This document shows positions 58,063 to 64,000 of a DNA stretch of 64,000 nucleotides, one piece after another; position 1 is the first letter of the stretch; every line of letters begins with the position of its first letter. The position numbers and the translations under genes were made by a program. This stretch comes from Takakia lepidozioides. Lineage: Eukaryota; Plantae; Bryophyta. The DNA lies in assembly GCA_030704615.1 (NCBI GenBank), contig CM060731.1:72168001-72232000 (forward strand). The letters are read 5' to 3'. The notes under the pieces are model-generated. The model did no database searches, was not told the DNA's origin, and saw nothing but the letters and a program-made list of their open reading frames with translations.

Positions 58063-61046
58063 GAGGCAACTTTGGTGATTGAAGGGTGTGTTGCTCTTAC
58101 TGTCCATCACCATGAATTGGCATTGACAACTGCTGCTGAATGTCATGTTGCCTGCAATCTGTGGATGTCATGGTAGATTGTGTTGTTTTCATTGTTTTTT
58201 GGCTTTTGACTGTTACTATGTTGGGAGTGGTTCTATACAAGATGGTCGTGTTGGTGATATTATCTGTTCTTTTGTTGTTTTGCTTTCTATGTAAGTTTCT
58301 GTGATATCGATCAGGTTAAGATTGGTTTGCCAATTCTTCTAGAAAAGAGCCTCATTTTTACCTTGGGATCTTCGTCCAACTACTTTTTTACACGCGGTTA
58401 GTGCATAGTACATGATTGTGGATATCCATCATGTACCCATGATACATGTTCATACTGGTAAAGACTTTTGGGAATTGAAACCTTACCTGGGTTTTCTCTT
58501 TGCCCAGATCCAGGGATAGGTAGTTTGTTTGAGAAGCTCTGAAAGGAGGTGAAAGGGAGTGAATAAACCATAGGTCAATCTTTCCTTCCAGGTCATCAAA
58601 GAAATGTGTCCCTGGTGATTGTCTCCTAATGTGATGGCATATTGCAGGGTGTTCTAGAAGAAGAGTCACTGCCAGGGTGGAGGAATAAGTCACAACATAA
58701 GCTGTTGAAATTTCGAAACTGGTATGCCACTTCTGATTTCATTTCATATTAAGCCCTCAAGTTTTCCAGGCCATAAGCTACAGTGATTTATCAACTTTAC
58801 TCATCATCGGCTCTTGCCTCGAGCATGCCTCGAGCTGCACATGCAATTTTAGGCAGAACATGTCAACTTATATGGAATGATCAGACATGTCTAGAACATG
58901 GCAGCCAGCTCCAACCAAATGTAATGCCATCAGTTCTGGGCAAACCAAGAGGAGCCAATTTGTATTTTATAACATCTTGAGTTACTCTATTGCCCTTGTG
59001 TCTGAATCCTCTTGTGGTTGATGCAGGGAACTGGCATTTTAAACACCTGCAAGCAAAGTGGAGTGTGTCTAGTGATCCAAAAATTGATGAGGGTCAAAGG
59101 TTGTTGACTATGTGCATATTCATGTGCCACCATCTGTTTTGTATAAGTAGTCCTGAACTACCATTCAGTTTTGATCTTTGAGATTAATTGTTTCATTAAT
59201 GTGACACAAGATTGGAAAGTTTTGCACCATGCACCCAATTGGAACTCCGAGTAAAAACCATGTCTCTGGATGGCTGTCCATTTGTGTGTCTAAGTACTGC
59301 AGTGTATGTGGCCCAGGAATGTAATGGCCCATTGCAACCCTAGCCTTATCAGTGTCACTAATTACAGATCAGAGGGAAGATGCAGCATTAGACAGGTTGA
59401 TATCACAGGTTGATATTACGACAGAGAAGAAATTGTGATTGCTGCATTGGATATTCGCCAGTCTTTGTGGGATGTTGTAGTTTGCTGCCAAATCTGTATG
59501 TAAAGCTGAGCTTCCGTCTTGTTCCCTGTAACAGCCCATGAGATTCAAGTTCCCGAGGGGATGGATGTAGGGGTCATCATTTAATCCCAGCACTGCACAG
59601 TTGTGTGGCGATGGGTGTCAGGTGAGGAATGTTATCGCCTTCACTGCATGTTCAGTGGACCAGCTTTACAGCCAGGAGTTGAGCCCGTGATTGACAGTCT
59701 GTACTCTGTACAATATGGCCTGAAAAGGACGTGTGGGTCCTTCTGTGCTTACTCCTTTCCGCAAACATCCATTACTTCTTCCTGAATCCGGGTCTAATTG
59801 AAGAGCCGCCAATAGCAAAGATTGTAATATGTAGCCCAGATCCCCAACGCCACCTGCCCAAGCTTCCAAAGATCTTGTGCCCGCTGCCCTAATATGCCTT
59901 GTGGGTTGGTGAGCAAGGGGACAGCGTCTGCCAACGGGCCCACGCGTTAGACTTCCTCCCCTTTCCTAAGTATTATTATTAAAATTTTCAAATATTAGCT
60001 GAGGTGAATATTCTGAAGTGGTAAGTAAGCGTTCGAAGTTCTTGGTAACGAGGAGTACCATTTGGAGGCAGCTACTGCTACGTTTTGGTGGCACCCTCAA
60101 ATTTCAATATCCTAAATCAGGTATGGTGCTACCTCACTATGATACCGTTGGAAACATCCGACTTGGTGCTTGTTTTTGGACTATATTAAGCAGGGTATAG
60201 GATGGAAATGAAGGATGTAACTGAGGTCATGGCACTGGCTGTTCCTGACAAATAATTCAAGCGCCTCACCCAGACTGACACCAGAGAGTTAACTGGAGCC
60301 TCGGAGAAGGACTGTGCAGCGATGTGCCGGCACACATAGTAAAACAAGTGTTTCAGTAAATTTACTAATTGAGGTGAATTGAAAATGGACAACAGGATAA
60401 GTCCTTGTGACTCGTTTGCATTTGCAAGAGCCACTCAATCGATGAAAGATTACCACTTTTGAAGCAGGACCCACCACAATGCAGGAGTAAAGAACTGCAG
60501 TGTGGTTGTGCATGATCCGATAAGGGGAACCAGCTTTTGATCGAAAGTTTCCAGCTTTCGAGATGGAGCCGCAACTCAACCCAAATCCCACCACTCGTGG
60601 ATTTAATGCCCTGCCCACATGGTTTTCACGTTTTGAAGTAGAGAAAGAGTTGCTTACTGTGAGTAGTTCACATCTTGAAGTAGAGAGACTGGGGAAAGAT
60701 GGATCCATTCATCATTAGAATCAAAGGTCCCCTATAAATTGATTTTGGATCACATAGAAGATGAGAACTCTCTTTCAATTGATTGTATCCATGGATCTCA
60801 AGACCTGAATTCTCCGTGTAGTGGATGGTTACCCTTAGAGGTTGGAACAGCAATCCTTTGTTTATATGTCAGCATCAGAATCCCAAAATGATTCCAATTC
60901 TTCATCTCCACCTTTCTAAGACCCACTGGCTATGTCACCGGCCAGTAATCTGTCCTTTTTGTGGCAATTCTCTTCTACTCCTTCAGAGCATCTTAAATCC
61001 TTAAACGGCCTGTAACCTGGCCACACCATTAGTATGTCATCCATTG

Positions 61047-64000
61047 TCATCTTGGACCAGATAGAAGATGAGAGCTCATCAAAGAAGCATTGGACTTCCA
61101 AGTAGTACCAGAGGAACTAGATTCATCACTGGAAGACCCCTTTGTAGCTGATGTGAACCGTGACGATTGGATCTTACGAGCAAACCGGGTGGACAAGGGT
61201 GGATTGGGCACAAATAGCAGGCCCTCCAACATTTGCACCACTGTGCTCATGGATGGCCTTGTTGCTATGTCCTCCTGTAAAAAGCACGATCTCCAAGATC
61301 AACAAAGATGTGTACTATTATCCGCAACCAGTACCAACCAGCACACATAAGTAACATGTGACAAACCTGATAATTAGCATCTAGGACATCCAATTCAGTG
61401 ATACATACAAAATTTTCCTTTGCTTTACATCCATTAGACTCGAGATTGATCTGCGGGGATGTTAGGAACCTTTTCAACCCCACAATTGTCTATGTAGACA
61501 AAGGCTATGTGGCCAGGCATACCTGAATGCACCAAAAGGCAACTCGGATCATCCGTTTGGCCTGCTGTCGATTGAATGTATCGGTGCCCAGTACCCGTGT
61601 GTCGATGATCTCATCGATATTGCCCTCTTGCATTTTTATGCAAGCCCAATTAGGAAAGTATTTTTTGTCAGAATCCGGTGTTGTCTGGAGACAACGAGCC
61701 ACTCGGGCGCCAGGTATCCTGGAGTGCCTCTCATTTGGGTCACCACCTGAAGAAAGCTCAAAGCCCCAGTCTCATGTCTCCGTGCTGTGGCATAGAAGTT
61801 CTTATCTATGTAAATACTGATTAACAACTCCATACAGATACTAAAAGCTAACCCAAACAGATGTGTCACCAGTCCAAGTTAGAGCTACAACTTAGAAGGT
61901 GCAGTCTTAACACACTATCTATTAAAAATTCTCAGACCATCAACTTCAACAAACTGGCAGTGACAAGCTGCCACCACTCCCCACTAACTTCATCATCAGC
62001 TCCCGAATGTGGATGTAGATCACAAAATATCATGCTCAAATTCATGGGCTGACCGATAAAAATTCAATTCATACTGAGATTCTGCAACTCTTCTGGAAGT
62101 AATGCATTGGTTAACAGTACCTCAGGAAGCCATTGACAGACCCTAGCGTACCTAAATGGATTAGAACAGTTAAGTAATCAACTACCACATGTGGTGTGTA
62201 CATGGTTGCAATCCAATACTGAAAGTGCTTGTATCACCTGGCCCTGCTCACGGTCCATCAGCTTGGAAAGACCAAAATCAGAAACTTTCGGGCAATATAC
62301 ATCATTCAGCAAGATGTTCTGGGGCTTAATGTCCAAGTGAATGATCACCTCCTGACACCCCTGGTGTAAGTAGGCTAATCCTCGAGCAGTCCCCAATGCA
62401 ATGTTGAACTAGGTCTCCCAATTTAGGAAGCACTCAGGTTCATCACTGAAAAGCAATTGATCAAGGGAACATTGCCCATACACCAACAAACAGTGTGGGC
62501 CTTGACAGCAAAACCCTCTTAGTCGAACCAAGTTGACATGATGGATGCTGCCAATAGTGGCCACCTCTGCTCGAAACTCTTTATGCCCCTGTTTTGCGCT
62601 CTCTAATCTCTTCACAGCAACTCTGGTACCATTGGGGAGAACACCCTCATACACTGCCCCAACCCCACCTTCTCCAAGATTTTGACTGAACCCTTTGGTA
62701 GCTACATATAGTTCTTGGAGTGTAAATCTTGGAGGTAGTCCAGGTAGAGTGTCCAGAAAGGAATCATCCTCTGATTAACCCTGCACGCCCTGCACGACTT
62801 TTCCATAAACGCCACCACAAGGTGGAAAGAATGATGAAGAAAGCATCAATGACCCCAGTTAAAATAAGTGCCACGGTCAAGGATGATCGCTTTACGGCTG
62901 TCGCCAACATTATTCTGTCATTTGCAACCTTGAGGTATGCAATGGATGTCAAATCATCAACTGCCCGCAAAGTCATGAGTGCTGCATAGGAAAGGTAGCT
63001 GGATCCATTGTACACGAAAGCTGCAGTACAACTGCAGTTCTGCAAGCAACTCTTCTTGTTCTCATCTGGCGTCAAGGGGACAGGGGCATCAAGATAATAG
63101 TTGGGGAAGTACATCACACCCACCACCTCCATAAAGTGTTGTCCAACTGGGTCCCCACATGTCAGGTTGCGGGGTGGGATACAGCCCTTAGAGCTGTTAT
63201 TTACATATAAGTAACGGAAGGAATCACTGGTACTATTGCCTTGTGGGCAAGTACATTGATTAGATTGACAGATCTCATAAGACGCACATGATCAGGGAAA
63301 ACATCAAAATCAGTGGCTCTACTGCTAGTTGATGACCATGAATATGTTCTGAGGTTGCCGTCTGATTCCAGCCTTAGAATCCTTACAACGGGAGTGGTAT
63401 TTTGATGGGAATATGAGAGCGTATTGTCATTTTGGGCGGGGTTAAGTGCACACAGGTTGGAGATATTTCGTCAGAGAATGCCTCAGACCCACTAGAATTC
63501 TGGTACATAATGATCTGCCCATCAAACACAAATTCAAGGGATGTTGGGTACTTGCATGTGCGTAGTACGGAGTAGGAATCATTCCTACCAAAGTAACCCC
63601 AAGACCAATAGGGCAGTGGCGTAAGCTTGCTCCCTGCCTGCTGCACCTGCATAATACCGACCTGAAGGCTTTGCCCTCCTGCCAGACTGTCGATTGGGTA
63701 GTCAAAACGTAAGAGGTCTCGAGGCCTATCCAGTCCAATTGAAATTCCCTCAATTCTACACTGTACCCATTTCTGCTCGATTTCTGTACACATAGTAGGA
63801 TCCGGTTCCTTGAAATTCTATACCATGAAATGTTTTGGCCACAGATTGGTAGCGTTCAGTAGCACATGTACCTGCCAGGTTGTCCACTGTGCCGGGAAAG
63901 TTAAGAAAGGTTGCAAGAAGAAAGGCATCAGCAGTGTAGTTGAGGAAGCCAAAAGTGAAGGTGCCATCTTGGTCGAGTGAAAAAATTGACTCAACTCCCG
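61047..64000 (-). pseudogene. G-type lectin S-domain (SD-2-like) receptor kinase pseudogene, 5' end beyond the window
   Basis: Contains lectin/EGF/PAN remnants (SCLQNCSCTAAF) and a TM helix. Kinase motifs include [56 protein letters not shown] and C-terminal SGPR*. It has a stop at 62409-62411, a frameshift after the TM and deletions in the kinase. Confidence 0.88.

Overview
Eukaryotic nuclear DNA from a non-seed land plant. The 5S rRNA sequence and a mitochondrial nad1 insert point to a bryophyte with heavy C-to-U editing, such as a Takakia-like moss or a hornwort (inference). There are seven intact spliced genes: DCAF13/SOF1 (+), a CorA/ZntB-like transporter (+), uridine kinase-like UK/UPRT (-), phosphoglycolate phosphatase (+), a group-I bZIP (+), ribosomal protein SA (+) and a short RINGLET-type homeobox gene (+). 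A G-type lectin receptor-kinase pseudogene (-) runs off the right edge. Intergenic DNA holds two fragments of a non-LTR retrotransposon with a restriction-like endonuclease, one also retaining RNase H (Dualen/RandI-like). It also holds a near-canonical solitary 5S rRNA gene with decayed sister copies, an unedited nad1 NUMT flanked by a perfect 47-bp direct repeat, a piggyBac relic, MITE/SINE/Helitron-like remnants and short-motif arrays. The most striking observation is a 48-nt element in the retroelement 3' UTR that folds into a three-way junction with two GNRA tetraloops and an AGUA/GAA (loop E) motif. All 8 differences between the two copies preserve that fold. Splicing also looks unusual: 4 GC donors among about 50 introns, and many G-rich acceptors without a pyrimidine tract. 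All homology calls were made by eye and from recall; no searches were run.
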